Source: Tubiluchus corallicola
Taxonomy: Eukaryota; Animalia; Priapulida
Reading direction: 5' to 3'
Length of the DNA: 64,000 nt
Assembly: GCA_030141605.1 (NCBI GenBank)
Contig: JAQGDQ010000016.1
Location: 188,282-252,281 of the forward strand
In this document: one piece after another, positions 52,401 to 61,448 of the stretch
Position numbering within the stretch: the stretch's first letter is position 1
Layout: each line of letters begins with the position of its first letter
Notes under the pieces: generated by a model
Told to the model about the DNA's origin: nothing
The model's input: the letters and a program-made list of their open reading frames with translations, nothing else
Database searches by the model: none
Made by a program: the position numbers and the translations under genes

Positions 52401-55400
52401 CTACTTGTGCAGTACTGAATTTCAGGCTTTTGGAAAATTCCTGTGAAGCAAAGTAAATTGTTAACGGAGGTGCAAATGGTTAATGAAAACTGCAAAGAAA
52501 TGCTTGCAAACAAGTTAATTTTAAAATTCAGAAAATACTTTGAATTTTTACAGATATACATCTCCAAACTGTCTAGTATGTTGCATACTTGAGACTTATT
52601 TACTTAACTAGCTTAAGATTACACATTCCCAAAACAATTTATTTCAATGATCACTTAACACAGTGATGTAACATAATAAAATACTTAAATTCAGAAATAT
52701 GCAATGTACCTTGTCAATTTTAACATAATGGTCATCCAATATATCCTTCTTAAGAGCAACTTTGTATTTGTCCACTGTGCCACCCACTGTGACTTCCCGT
52801 AAATCGATGGGTTCGCTTTCCAGGAAAACTTGAACATATGTTTCACCAGGAACAAATCTTCGGGGCGTCCACCCAAAACCACGACTAAGACGAACAGAGC
52901 TGGCCAGAAAGCCGTAGTTGTCTGTGATATGAGCATCTGGAATGACGCCGCCTCTCATGCCAAGCTGGTAGGAACACTTCTTGCTTCGTGTGGTTTCTGT
53001 TAATGCGGAAGATTGTCAACACCATTGACAGTTAACAGGGCGATTGAATATAAACTTCTGCCGCTATTTATACTTGTTTAATAAAAGAAAACAAACTGCA
53101 ATCAATGCTTTATTAAACCAGGTAAACCAAACATCACCAGATAAACCTAGTGAATGAATATGAACTAGCAAATAAATATAACTGTAAGGATCTAGCAGAT
53201 AAACATTACTGTAAATTACAAAATCAAATTTTATATTTTTAACTGCCTTGTTATAGGTTTGCCTCTCAGAACTTGTTTCACATTATGGTGAAGTTTATAA
53301 TATTTATTACGACAGGAAATATATTAAAAATATCTTTGGGTTACTCAGTTGCAATGTAGCCTTAGAAACAGATTGCTTTCGCCATGACGCCAACCTTGTT
53401 CTTGTTCTCGTTATCATAAGCAGTAACAAGAAAAGGTTGAAGAGAATCACAACTCCAAAATACTGCTTACAGCGGAAATAAATTCATACGAAACAGTGGA
53501 AAACAATCGTTAATTTCAGAACAAACATGTCTCAGTAGAAATTTCTGTAACAGTGCGACAGTAATGATAATTGTTTATACATAAACTACCTTCTGGAGTA
53601 AAACATCCGATGATTTCAACGCTCATAACAGCTGAATCAGCATTGTCCAAAATTTTAACTGGGTAAATTCGAACAATCTGTGCTCTCATTTCATTCGTGA
53701 ATTTTACAGGTCCTTTTGTAGCATCAATAATCTACGTACAAAAATGCATAAAATAAAAATACAAGAAAAGCATAGAATCTTAATGTAAATAAATAAATAT
53801 TTATATAATGTAATTATATAAATAGAGACCGTTTTTTGAATATTTTGTAATGACTTTTTTATTTTTAAAAGTCACGTAATAAATAAAAATAATCTGGAAT
53901 TTACACAATTCTTAAGCAAACGTAATGCCACTTTCTAACTCATGCAAACTGCAAAATATAAAATACCAACATTTTTTAATTACAGTTTGTCGTTAACAGT
54001 GCCCTAAGTGGTACAAATTGCTTTCTCATTTGTGGAGTGTAAAGGTTCTGTCACCTTGGAGGCTCACACACAAAGTTATTTAGTGTGGGAAATGGCTTAA
54101 TCACTGACGCTCTTCAAATCCAGCGAGCTTGTTTCAAAACTTAATATCTCAAAACAGTTTTCTAATTTGGCACATACTTGAGTGATTACTATTTGTTGAT
54201 ATTAGCCTTTTATCTGTATATTGTTTGCAAATTGAATTACAATGTTTGTATTAGTTTTTGCCTCGGTGTTTTCTAAGAATGACCTTGTAATAAAGGGCCA
54301 AAATGTACAATTTTAACCATGTTAACTAGTTTTATATGGTTGCTTGTTCTCTTCTGGATATTTAAGTTGTCGTTATCCCACAGTAGTCAAGATTTTGGCT
54401 GTTTACCCTCATTGACAAAGATGGTTTTCACATCTAATCTAGGCAATGACAACTGCAGGCTTTGATGCGTTCTTGTTTTAATTTATCTTACCCTAGACTC
54501 TTGCTTGAATTCCTGTCCATCCTCACTAAGTGCTACGGTAAACTGTTCCACTGTTCCGCGCACTTCGACCTTTGAGATTATAACTGGCTCTTTCGGATTT
54601 GTCACAATGTCTACATATGTTCTATCTTTTCCTGTAATGATTGATATAACCTTGTAGCAAAAATTAAATTAAATTAAATTAATGACAACAATTTGAACTA
54701 TTACAACATACGCAATCATGATTAATAAGTGCATAAACATAGATTCATTACAATTAGTCACAATTTAAATTAGTTTAAACGGCTATATAAGTTGTTTGGT
54801 TTCAATTTAATACACAGTAGCAAGTGTGAAAGTCAAACACCTTACCTATCTCTGTATTAAGTTGAGGAATAACCCATCCAGACCGTAGCACATCAACAGA
54901 AATCTGGTTATTTAGATTATCGTTGATTTGTCCATTAGAAACATATCCACTACTTAATAAAGCTCGTTCATTGCAACGTGTGCCCACTGAAATAAAAATC
55001 CTTTTGATAACCAGTTTTAACAAAAAAATTATTAGAACAATGCTAGAGACAACAAGGTTAACATAGAAGACCTTACGTATTTTAAGTGAGCACATCTAAA
55101 AGCATTGAATTTCTGTCAAAATATGAATAAACCCAATATAATCAACACAGTTATTAAGCTCACGACATTAAAAGATCTTGAAGGATGCTCTCAGAGATGT
55201 CACATAAAATGCATTAAATAAAAATCCTGCAATTACATAAACAAGGAAAAACAAAGTAGGGGCACACAACGTTTAGAAATACCATTATAGAGCTTCTTCG
55301 GGTGAACATAAAATCCCAAAAAAGACAAAAGAGAAAAAAATCACAAAAAATACTAAAACTACTAAACTAATTTTTGTGGAGTTTTTCTTTATATTGTTCA

Positions 55401-57612
55401 CATAAAAAGTGGTATCGCAAAAAAGGATACAAGTATGTAGAAAAAACTTCGTAGAAAAAAGCACGTTGAAAGAACATACAAAAACAATGATTTCTATTCA
55501 TTGTTACTATTAAACATTGTGCCCTTTCTTTCTTTTTCCTTGATTTTTAATTATGGGATTTTTATTCATAGTCAATATTCCTGTCAATTATAATCTGTGT
55601 TATGAAAACAAACCGTGTTTGCAACAGAGATAATAGCACACAGCAAAGTAATTTAGTCATGAACATCAACAGGGCAGAGATAGAGAATTCAACAATTATA
55701 GTTGATTAGAAAAATCACAAACTAACTGTATATGATTCACTATTACCAAAACAATGTATTAACACATAAAATATCTAATGTCCATCTAACCAGTTCTCTT
55801 TTTCATATTTAATAAGATAAAATTAATAGGTAGCAAATAAGTAAAATAATGTGATATATACACATTGCATAACTGTATATCTTAGTTACCTGGTTTAGTA
55901 CAGCCCATTTCATCTTGCATGTCTAAGCAGTCTCTAATCCCATCACATCGGTGTGCCGGATCCAGACATGTACCGTTGTCACATGCAAACTGTCCATCTC
56001 CACATGGACCTAGTGTGATGAAATCACAAGAAATGATTCAGGACAAAGTTAACAAATCCAAAACAGCACTTCATCAATCAACCATTTGCAATATTAAATC
56101 AAAATTGAACACACAAGAGCCACTGTTACTGTATGTATTATATATATTTTTAATACCTGTATCAAAAGGAATACTAATTATCAGTTTAAGTAGCATTAAT
56201 CAAATGTGCAAATCCTGCAAACAATATGAGTAGTAGAATTTTTAAAAAATATGTCAAAACAGCAATACTTTCAAGTATCTTCCAGGTTTTCTGAAAATTT
56301 TCACAAACAACTTGCTTATTGGAGCTACAGATTTAAGATTTTGAGTACCAACATTTTTATAATGTCTCACATTCATCATAAGATTGTTGCTAACTGAACG
56401 TTACATCTCATTAACATTCCTTGCTCTTGAAAACATTGTCTTTAATTTTGTCATTTATCTATTTTAGCCTGCCGTTGCATGTTTGCTGAAAAGATCTGCA
56501 CTCAAAAAGTGCTCTTCAAAAACTGACAAAACAGAAATAGAAACATGCATACAGTATAGAAGCTTCCAGCTATAGCCTGTGGTGCAATAGCAATGGTCAC
56601 TTTTAAATTCTACAGATCTTTAGTATTAAATGGCCTAAAATTTAACACTATTGATCATACTATTATCAAATAATCATATCAAAGCAATTTTAATCAAATG
56701 TAATTTACATAATGTTGCTTGACTGGGATTTTTAGGAATTTGTTTTATTAAACATCATAACTTTAAATAGCTCACGATATATTTATTGAAAAACTATTTG
56801 TATAACGATACAAACCGATGGTTGAAGTCGGTTAAATAACTGTGCAACCCTACAAAACACCCAGAACAAAGCCAATTGGCCAATCAAAGTAAGGGCTGTA
56901 TCAGAAAAGTGAAAATATGAATGTAAGTCTATGATAATGAAAATTTATTAGTGAGTTATATTATAAAAACTTACATCCCACTTCATCAGTATCACAATCC
57001 TGTGTACCGTCACAAACTTTAAATAGAGGGAGGCAGCTGCAGTCTCCGCAAGTGAACTGTCTTGGACAAATACATGCTAAATAAAATAATAACAGAATTA
57101 GGCAGTTAATTTTTTAAGTTACAATGTAGTTAAGACCATGAACAGTTATCTTGCACAGAAACCTATAATCTATTGTCAAGTATAATCTACTCATGAAAAC
57201 CAACACACTTCAAAAGCAACAAATGCTTTTCATAACAAATGGTAACGATGAAGACGACGACAACAAAAATAGCAAAAATGATGATAACGATGACAATGAA
57301 GAAGGTGATAATAATGATGATGGTGGTGATGACGATGGCGACATTGACGATAATACCGACGACGAAGGATAAACGATGACAAATGATGATGTGACAATGA
57401 TATACAGAAAAATTATTATGATGATGATCATTATCGTAATGCTGACAATGATGAAGATATGGATGATGTTAATGACGTTGTTATAAAAGATTAATGCTAA
57501 TGAAGCTGATTAAGATGATGATGATGATATCGATGATGACAATAATGATGATGAGGATGATGGTATTAGTGATGTTGTTATAAAGATTAATGATGATGAA
57601 GCTGATTAAGAA

Positions 57613-57644
<32 letters not shown>

Positions 57645-60600
57645 CGAAGATGATAACGATGATGATATCAATGATGATGATGATGACGATAAAGGAAGAA
57701 AAATAGTGATGATAATGTTGATGATGACACTAGCAACTATGACAAAGCCAACAGTAATGGAGATAAATTTCTGAAAACCATTGCTACGATTACAATGGTG
57801 ATGATAATAATGACAATATACTTACTGCAGTTTTCTTCATCAGAGTTATCTCCACAATCATTATGACCATCACAGAGTCGAGATAGCAGAATACAAACAC
57901 CACGGCCACCACAATTATACTCACGAATGCTGGGACAGGCATCTGTAAGAACAAAAGATAATGATGAATTAGCAAACAAATGGGAAAAATGCAATTACTA
58001 TAAAACAATTATATTTTAAATTTATTTTAGCACAAATTTCATTTTGCTTGATTTGTGAAAACGATTTTTTTCATGAAATTAAGTTCTTATGAAGTTCTTC
58101 CAGAAAATACCTTACCTGTGCTTTCATGTTCAACAAAAAATACTATTTAACATTAGGTACTAGATGGCTGCCTACTAAAACTACTTCTCATTTAGGCTTT
58201 GTAATTATGGCAAATTTCTAATAAATTTTATGTTCTTGAGTCTTCACCAGCTTTAAGTGTCCTAAAATAGATAAAATAATCTTTTGTTCACTAAATAAAT
58301 GCACAACTTAAATCTACGTAACTAGAACAACAACTAACTAAAAAACTAAAACTTTAAATAACAGCACATTAAAAAAATACCACAAAAAAGAACGAAACAT
58401 ACCGCAGTAACTTTCATCGCTGTTATCGAGAACATCACAGTCAACCTTACCATCACAAACTTTTGACCTTGGTATGCATTTACCAGTATCACAAGTAAAT
58501 TCATTCTCACTGCACTGTGGTGGTGCTGTAATAGTAATTTATTTACAAGTTAATACAAATTAGCAAATCCTAACAACTTATTTACAGTCAGGAAGAAAAA
58601 AACAAACTGTGCTGATAACATGAAGTTTCAGAATTCGTTAATTGCCAAGATAGGAACGGGAAATTTTAGAACAAAAATGAACAGAGACAAAACAGTAACT
58701 TTTTCATGAAATGAAATAGAAAATTGGCCAATTTCTATTTTAAATGCCCCATACCTTTGAAAAAAGAAATAATAAAAAGTAATAAGGAAAGGAAAAAACT
58801 AGGAAATTAAGCAATACTTACGACAATTATATTCATCACTTCCATCAATGCAATCTGCCATTCCGTCACATTGATGACTCATCGGTATGCAGTCGCCCAT
58901 TTTACAAGCAAAATCCCCCAAATCGCACATAACGTTGACTGAAATTTATAAATGTGCAAATGATACAAATTAAGCTCATAGGCTGTGTTCAGGAGAAAAA
59001 CGAACTTAGTTCAAGTTCGATGACATTCCAGCCAGAACTCAAATCAAGTTTACATTCGAGTTTTGGTAAAATTCAGGTTCGAAGTTGGTATACTACCTAA
59101 ATGGCACCGCTAATGAATAAAGCACGTTAAGTGTGTAGGTCTATTGGGTCTATACACAAGGGAGTCTGCTGCAACTTTTCCAAGGGGGGGGGGTAAAGGG
59201 ATGGAACTCCTACTATCACAATTATTGCTTAAAATTATCCATAAAATGATCAATAAAAAAGATAGTGCTACAAGTCCGCACCTAACTGATTCTGGGGTTT
59301 AAATGAAAAGAACTCCATCGTAAAATTAATGGTAAAAGTAACATTCATGAGCAAAGTGCTCCACAGTTTTTCCTAGGTTAAGACTGGAGAGGATTAGCGT
59401 TCTCACAAGTTCTTGTGAGCAAAAATAATAAAAATTATGATATAAAAATAGGGAAATACAAAAAAACAGAACAAACTTTTCAAATAAATTTGAACTGATA
59501 TGGTCTGAGACTGCATGGTTTTGCCACTGCTGAAGGCGTTGATCTTTCTCTTGTATCTGGAGCTGTGATTCGTCCTAAGCTGTCACTGTTTTTGCAGTGA
59601 TCGCTTAACCCCCAGATCTGGCCTCTTAAGCCAGACTGGCAATGGTTTATATCATTTAATTTACCTGAGTGAGGCAGAGAATAGAAATTTCCGAGTCCCG
59701 ACACTCCTTAGAGAATTAATTATAAGGTTCCAACTTCCAAACCTCCTCGTCCTAGGTTAGAAGGCCTGATCCAGGGAGGGGAGTCAAATGATCTGTTTGT
59801 CACTCCCAGCAGATGCCCATGTCTATACATGTAGTTATTTAACTAAAATTCTGAATTCGCCTATTGAATTTGGTTCATTTTTACCATTTTTTACACTTGG
59901 ATTTAGCTAAATTTGACTGGGTTTGGTTTAATTAATGAGGAGTTTGGCGTAAGAAAACTGTCATCAGAGTAATACTGACTAAAGATCTGTGATATTAAGC
60001 AGTGGCATTTATTAGTATTTTCTTGAAATTTCTTGAAATTTAACAATAGAATCTGTTTGCTTTTTCATTTTTTTCATTGCTAGTTTGGGGAATAAACATG
60101 AAAGTTAAGTTCAAGTTCACGTTTTCAGTGAACTCGTTTACGTTTCAGTTGAAGTTATTTTTATAATAATTTTTGGAAAGTTCTTAAGATCACAAAGAAG
60201 TGAAAGAGTCCCTTCACTGCTATCTAGATTAAATGGGTGCTGAATTTTGGCAAGCAAAGTGCTAAGCTGAGTAAACAGAAGTTGTTAGCCACAGATGAGA
60301 ACTTGTAAAGAATTTAATAGAAAAATACAGAAAACTTATTTAGTTAATAGACTTTACCACAGAAATTTTCATCAGAACTGTCACCACAGTCGTCGCTGCC
60401 ATCACACGTCCAAGCTGCTGGTATACAGACACCATTTAGACAGCTGAACTGCCACGGTTCACAACTCTCTCCACAGGTGTCGCTAGTGACATCACATGCA
60501 AACCTGCCAGCCACGCACGTACTGAAAGAGAAAAGACAAATAATTAACCAAGTATCATATTATATTCTCAACATTTTTTATCAGGCAATGTAAAGAAATT

Positions 60601-61448
60601 CTGTGAAATACAACACATGTTTGTAATTCCATAAATGTACATTCCATTACAGCTATGGAATGTAAAAAACGTACCAGTTTTTACATTCGTCTAGCAGCAC
60701 TGTCCCGACAGGTAATTTTACTCCATCTCTACTGCATGGACAATTAGTGTTTGGTACACAGGTGTCACCTGAAACACAGGGTAACATAAGTATAACCACT
60801 GTAAACAACAAGTAAATGGTCCACCAAAAACAACAGAAACAATAAAAATAGGAAAAAGAAAAACAGAATAAGAAACAGATACAAAGAGAAGAACAAAACA
60901 AATAAATGTGACATAGAAACAGGAAATAGGTAGGCTTAGGGATATACAGCACGTAAGTAAATCTTTAGAAAACACAGGAGAATGAAGAAAGAAAGACAGA
61001 GAAACACCGGAAAAAAGAGACATTGTAAGTATGAAAGTGAATGAGAAGTAGTGACTGAAGATGACTGAATGAAAATAACAGAAAGAGAAGGATAAGGAAA
61101 CAAATGATATACCCGAGAAAAGCAGCACAGATTATACGAAGCACAGCAATCATGAAAAAGCTCGTTTGTACTATACAGCACGCAAAAAATCTGGGATTCA
61201 GGAGAAGCCCTATAAATAGAGATAATATTTATTGATTAAATGCCTGAATGACATCATTCGACCTTTAAAATAAACTTTACTGGTTACATATTACACACCC
61301 ATTAAAACAAAATCTTTGGGACAGAAGCAGCCTTCCACACAAGCAATTTTTTGGCACTCTGGTCCTGGCTCATCACCCATGTTTTCACACGTCTCAGGAC
61401 ACGTTGGTCCGCATGGGTCATAAAGAAAGCCATAATCACACTGAAGTG
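510..61448 (-). CDS. Giant secreted multidomain protein, SCO-spondin/hemolectin-like (TIL, VWC-like, LDLa x8, about 19 F5/8-type-C/discoidin-like domains); partial gene, about 65 exons
   Basis: Chain of minus-strand exons with AG/GT ends whose phases join without stops. Summed length is 20,649 nt (about 6,880 aa), phase 1 at both ends. Cys patterns match TIL and LDLa; 'LGM..G.IPD..I', 'R(L/I)YP' and 'E(I/L).GC' are discoidin motifs. Confidence 0.85.
2355..2544 (-). CDS. Exon: degenerate discoidin-like domain, C-part
   Basis: ISSLKLTPL...YILIEACES; phase 0-1. Confidence 0.7.
2754..2983 (-). CDS. Exon: degenerate discoidin-like domain, N-part
   Basis: ENCTIRLES...[16 protein letters not shown]...[16 protein letters not shown]; phase 1-0. 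Confidence 0.7.
3197..3332 (-). CDS. Exon: discoidin-like C-part
   Basis: [34 protein letters not shown]. Confidence 0.85.
3812..3978 (-). CDS. Exon: discoidin-like middle
   Basis: [21 protein letters not shown]...[15 protein letters not shown]; donor chosen to match phase 0. Confidence 0.75.
4505..4745 (-). CDS. Exon: discoidin C-part fused to the next domain's N-part
   Basis: [10 protein letters not shown]...INELYGC...[14 protein letters not shown]...IRDQDG. Confidence 0.85.
5473..5756 (-). CDS. Exon: discoidin-like domain, N-part and middle
   Basis: [21 protein letters not shown]...[10 protein letters not shown]...CLVQIQ. Confidence 0.8.
6293..6431 (-). CDS. U12 exon C (contains RKKR)
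   Basis: [46 protein letters not shown]; ttttag/gtgagt. Confidence 0.8.
6957..7050. repeat. (CA)n microsatellite
   Basis: Direct reading; a second (CA)n lies at 7771-7816. Confidence 0.95.
7859..8220 (-). CDS. U12 exon B (short non-repetitive insert)
   Basis: [45 protein letters not shown]...[13 protein letters not shown]; ttgcag/gtgagt. Confidence 0.85.
8687..8791 (-). CDS. U12 exon A
   Basis: [35 protein letters not shown]. Confidence 0.8.
9319..9529 (-). CDS. U11 exon C
   Basis: [41 protein letters not shown] plus a Pro-rich linker. Confidence 0.8.
9910..10110. repeat. 35-bp intronic minisatellite, about 5.7 copies
   Basis: GAAGCTTATATCAGCTAAAGAGAGCAGTCACTACA-like units starting at 9910, 9945, 9980, 10015, 10050 and 10085. 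Confidence 0.9.
10284..10504 (-). CDS. U11 exon B (minimal loop, no repeat insert)
   Basis: [45 protein letters not shown]...[12 protein letters not shown]. Confidence 0.85.
11182..11286 (-). CDS. U11 exon A
   Basis: [35 protein letters not shown]; alternative acceptor at 11280. Confidence 0.8.
11985..12141 (-). CDS. U10 exon C
   Basis: [42 protein letters not shown]. Confidence 0.85.
12590..14043 (-). CDS. U10 exon B (21 x 11-mer)
   Basis: Within ORF 12569..14053; ttttag/gtaatt; 1454 nt = 1256 + 198. Confidence 0.85.
14918..15016 (-). CDS. U10 exon A
   Basis: [33 protein letters not shown]. Confidence 0.85.
15460..15525 (+). mobile_element. Degenerate tRNA-like sequence (tRNA-derived SINE head or tRNA pseudogene)
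   Basis: Terminal stem TCAGTCA/TGACTGA, internal GCAC/GTGC stem and B-box-like GTTCAAGTC; D-arm is poor. Confidence 0.4.
16682..17117 (-). repeat. 375-bp sub-unit duplication carrying 3' fragments of exon C
   Basis: [14 protein letters not shown]-coding fragments at 16682-16717 and 17057-17092, fused to the array intron sequence 'ataggcctatcaat'. Confidence 0.8.
17118..17217. other. Assembly gap (100 N)
   Basis: Run of exactly 100 N, typical of an unknown-size scaffold gap. Confidence 0.99.
17388..17532 (-). CDS. U9 exon C
   Basis: Copy of exon C. Confidence 0.85.
17784..18961 (-). CDS. U9 exon B (11 x 11-mer, variant N-terminal insert)
   Basis: Within ORF 17763..18971. Confidence 0.85.
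19096..19194 (-). CDS. U9 exon A
   Basis: Copy of exon A. Confidence 0.85.
20169..20313 (-). CDS. U8 exon C
   Basis: Copy of exon C. Confidence 0.85.
20562..21949 (-). CDS. U8 exon B (19 x 11-mer)
   Basis: Within ORF 20541..21959; 1388 nt = 1256 + 132. Confidence 0.85.
22084..22182 (-). CDS. U8 exon A
   Basis: Copy of exon A. Confidence 0.85.
23150..23294 (-). CDS. U7 exon C
   Basis: Copy of exon C. Confidence 0.85.
23543..24798 (-). CDS. U7 exon B (15 x 11-mer)
   Basis: 1256 nt open; acceptor tttgcttcag. Confidence 0.85.
24932..25030 (-). CDS. U7 exon A
   Basis: Copy of exon A. Confidence 0.85.
25879..26023 (-). CDS. U6 exon C
   Basis: Copy of exon C. Confidence 0.85.
26272..27527 (-). 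CDS. U6 exon B (15 x 11-mer)
   Basis: Within ORF 26251..27537. Confidence 0.85.
27662..27760 (-). CDS. U6 exon A
   Basis: Copy of exon A. Confidence 0.85.
28729..28873 (-). CDS. U5 exon C
   Basis: Copy of exon C. Confidence 0.85.
29122..30377 (-). CDS. U5 exon B (15 x 11-mer)
   Basis: Within ORF 29101..30387; 1256 nt. Confidence 0.85.
30512..30610 (-). CDS. U5 exon A
   Basis: [33 protein letters not shown]. Confidence 0.85.
31458..31602 (-). CDS. U4 exon C
   Basis: Copy of exon C. Confidence 0.85.
31851..32806 (-). CDS. U4 exon B (11 x 11-mer)
   Basis: Within ORF 31830..32828. Confidence 0.85.
32938..33036 (-). CDS. U4 exon A
   Basis: Copy of exon A. Confidence 0.85.
33872..34016 (-). 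CDS. U3 exon C
   Basis: Copy of exon C. Confidence 0.85.
34231..34563 (+). mobile_element. 5'-truncated non-LTR retrotransposon (LINE) 3' end with ATACA target-site duplication
   Basis: 333-bp insert absent from sister introns; ATACA at 34226-30 and 34564-68; frame from 34231 reads [31 protein letters not shown] (CCHC knuckle typical of LINE ORF2 C-termini); ends in an (ATCGCA)2 tail. Confidence 0.85.
34603..35558 (-). CDS. U3 exon B (11 x 11-mer)
   Basis: Within ORF 34582..35580. Confidence 0.85.
35690..35788 (-). CDS. U3 exon A
   Basis: Copy of exon A. Confidence 0.85.
36631..36775 (-). CDS. U2 exon C
   Basis: Copy of exon C with intact splice sites. Confidence 0.85.
37024..37979 (-). 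CDS. U2 exon B (11 x 11-mer)
   Basis: Within ORF 37003..38001. Confidence 0.85.
38111..38209 (-). CDS. U2 exon A
   Basis: Copy of exon A with intact splice sites. Confidence 0.85.
39052..39196 (-). CDS. U1 exon C
   Basis: [48 protein letters not shown]. Confidence 0.85.
39445..40400 (-). CDS. U1 exon B (11 x 11-mer)
   Basis: Within ORF 39424..40422; tttcag/gtaatt. Confidence 0.85.
40521..40619 (-). CDS. U1 exon A
   Basis: [33 protein letters not shown]; 99 nt, phase 1-1. Confidence 0.85.
41244..41385 (-). CDS. Exon C of D4
   Basis: [42 protein letters not shown]. Confidence 0.85.
42262..43058 (-). CDS. Exon B of D4 with Pro/Ala and 11-mer insert
   Basis: [21 protein letters not shown]...[11 protein letters not shown] repeats...SIVKRQ...[11 protein letters not shown]. 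Confidence 0.85.
43557..43655 (-). CDS. Exon A of D4
   Basis: [33 protein letters not shown]. Confidence 0.85.
44040..44169 (-). CDS. Exon C of D3
   Basis: [39 protein letters not shown]. Confidence 0.85.
44921..45544 (-). CDS. Symmetric phase-0 insert exon of D3 (RVKR site, xxKxGTxx repeats, Pro/Ala tract)
   Basis: tttcag/gtaatt; 624 nt open; STRVKRQ then GTKTGT-type repeats. Confidence 0.8.
46367..46406. repeat. (AT)n microsatellite
   Basis: Direct reading. Confidence 0.95.
46619..46654 (-). pseudogene. RNU6: U6 snRNA 3'-end fragment
   Basis: Minus strand ATGACATGCAAATTTGTGAAGCGTTCCATATTTTTT versus U6 ATGACACGCAAATTCGTGAAGCGTTCCATATTTTT: two mismatches, both CG>TG. Confidence 0.85.
48357..48523 (-). 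CDS. Exon B of D3
   Basis: [46 protein letters not shown]; phase 1-0. Confidence 0.85.
49788..49898 (-). CDS. Exon A of discoidin-like D3
   Basis: [32 protein letters not shown]; an alternative in-frame acceptor is possible at 49886. Confidence 0.8.
50792..50897 (-). CDS. Exon: LDLa 7
   Basis: [34 protein letters not shown]. Confidence 0.9.
51192..51253 (-). CDS. Short linker exon
   Basis: [21 protein letters not shown]; tttag/gtaagt; needed to bridge phase 1 to phase 0. Confidence 0.7.
52302..52440 (-). CDS. Exon: D2 C-part
   Basis: [28 protein letters not shown]; phase 0-1. Confidence 0.85.
52710..52996 (-). CDS. Exon: discoidin domain D2, N-part and middle
   Basis: [19 protein letters not shown]...[11 protein letters not shown]...YVQVFL, a canonical F5/8C N-terminus. 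Confidence 0.9.
53590..53731 (-). CDS. Exon: D1 C-part
   Basis: [30 protein letters not shown], matching the F5/8C C-terminal signature; phase 0-1. Confidence 0.85.
54492..54631 (-). CDS. Exon: D1 middle
   Basis: [38 protein letters not shown]; phase 1-0. Confidence 0.85.
54846..54986 (-). CDS. Exon: discoidin-like domain D1, N-part
   Basis: [23 protein letters not shown]...LRSGWVIP; phase 1-1. Confidence 0.8.
55890..56009 (-). CDS. Exon: LDLa 6
   Basis: [36 protein letters not shown]; cactag/gtaact. Confidence 0.9.
56975..57076 (-). CDS. Exon: LDLa 5
   Basis: [33 protein letters not shown](C); tttag/gtaagt. Confidence 0.85.
57244..57729. repeat. Degenerate (GAT)n low-complexity tract in an intron between LDLa exons
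   Basis: GAT/GAC/AAT triplets with an internally duplicated segment ('gttgttataaaagattaatg...gaagctgattaag' twice). Confidence 0.9.
57826..57942 (-). CDS. Exon: LDLa 4
   Basis: [37 protein letters not shown]; ttacag/gtaagt. Confidence 0.9.
58403..58525 (-). CDS. Exon: LDLa 3
   Basis: [37 protein letters not shown]; ttacag/gtatgt. Confidence 0.9.
58822..58938 (-). CDS. Exon: LDLa 2
   Basis: [35 protein letters not shown]; tttcag/gtaagt. Confidence 0.9.
60358..60521 (-). CDS. Exon: TILa end + LDLa 1
   Basis: [54 protein letters not shown]; not in the ORF track. Confidence 0.9.
60675..60768 (-). CDS. Exon: TIL end / TILa (VWC-like)
   Basis: [31 protein letters not shown](C); tttcag/gtacgt; phase 1-2. 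Confidence 0.9.
61299..61448 (-). CDS. Exon: TIL domain
   Basis: [22 protein letters not shown]...[18 protein letters not shown]; ttgcag/gtgtgt; phase 1-1. Confidence 0.9.

Noticed and set aside
57244-57729. Poly-Asp coding exon in the (GAT)n tract
   Set aside because: The Asp reading is on the strand opposite the gene and is interrupted by stops; the flanking LDLa exons join in phase without it.
60653-61181. Hydrophobic Phe/Leu/Cys-rich ORFs suggesting a membrane protein
   Set aside because: They are translations of a pyrimidine-rich intron; only 60675-60768 is a supported exon.
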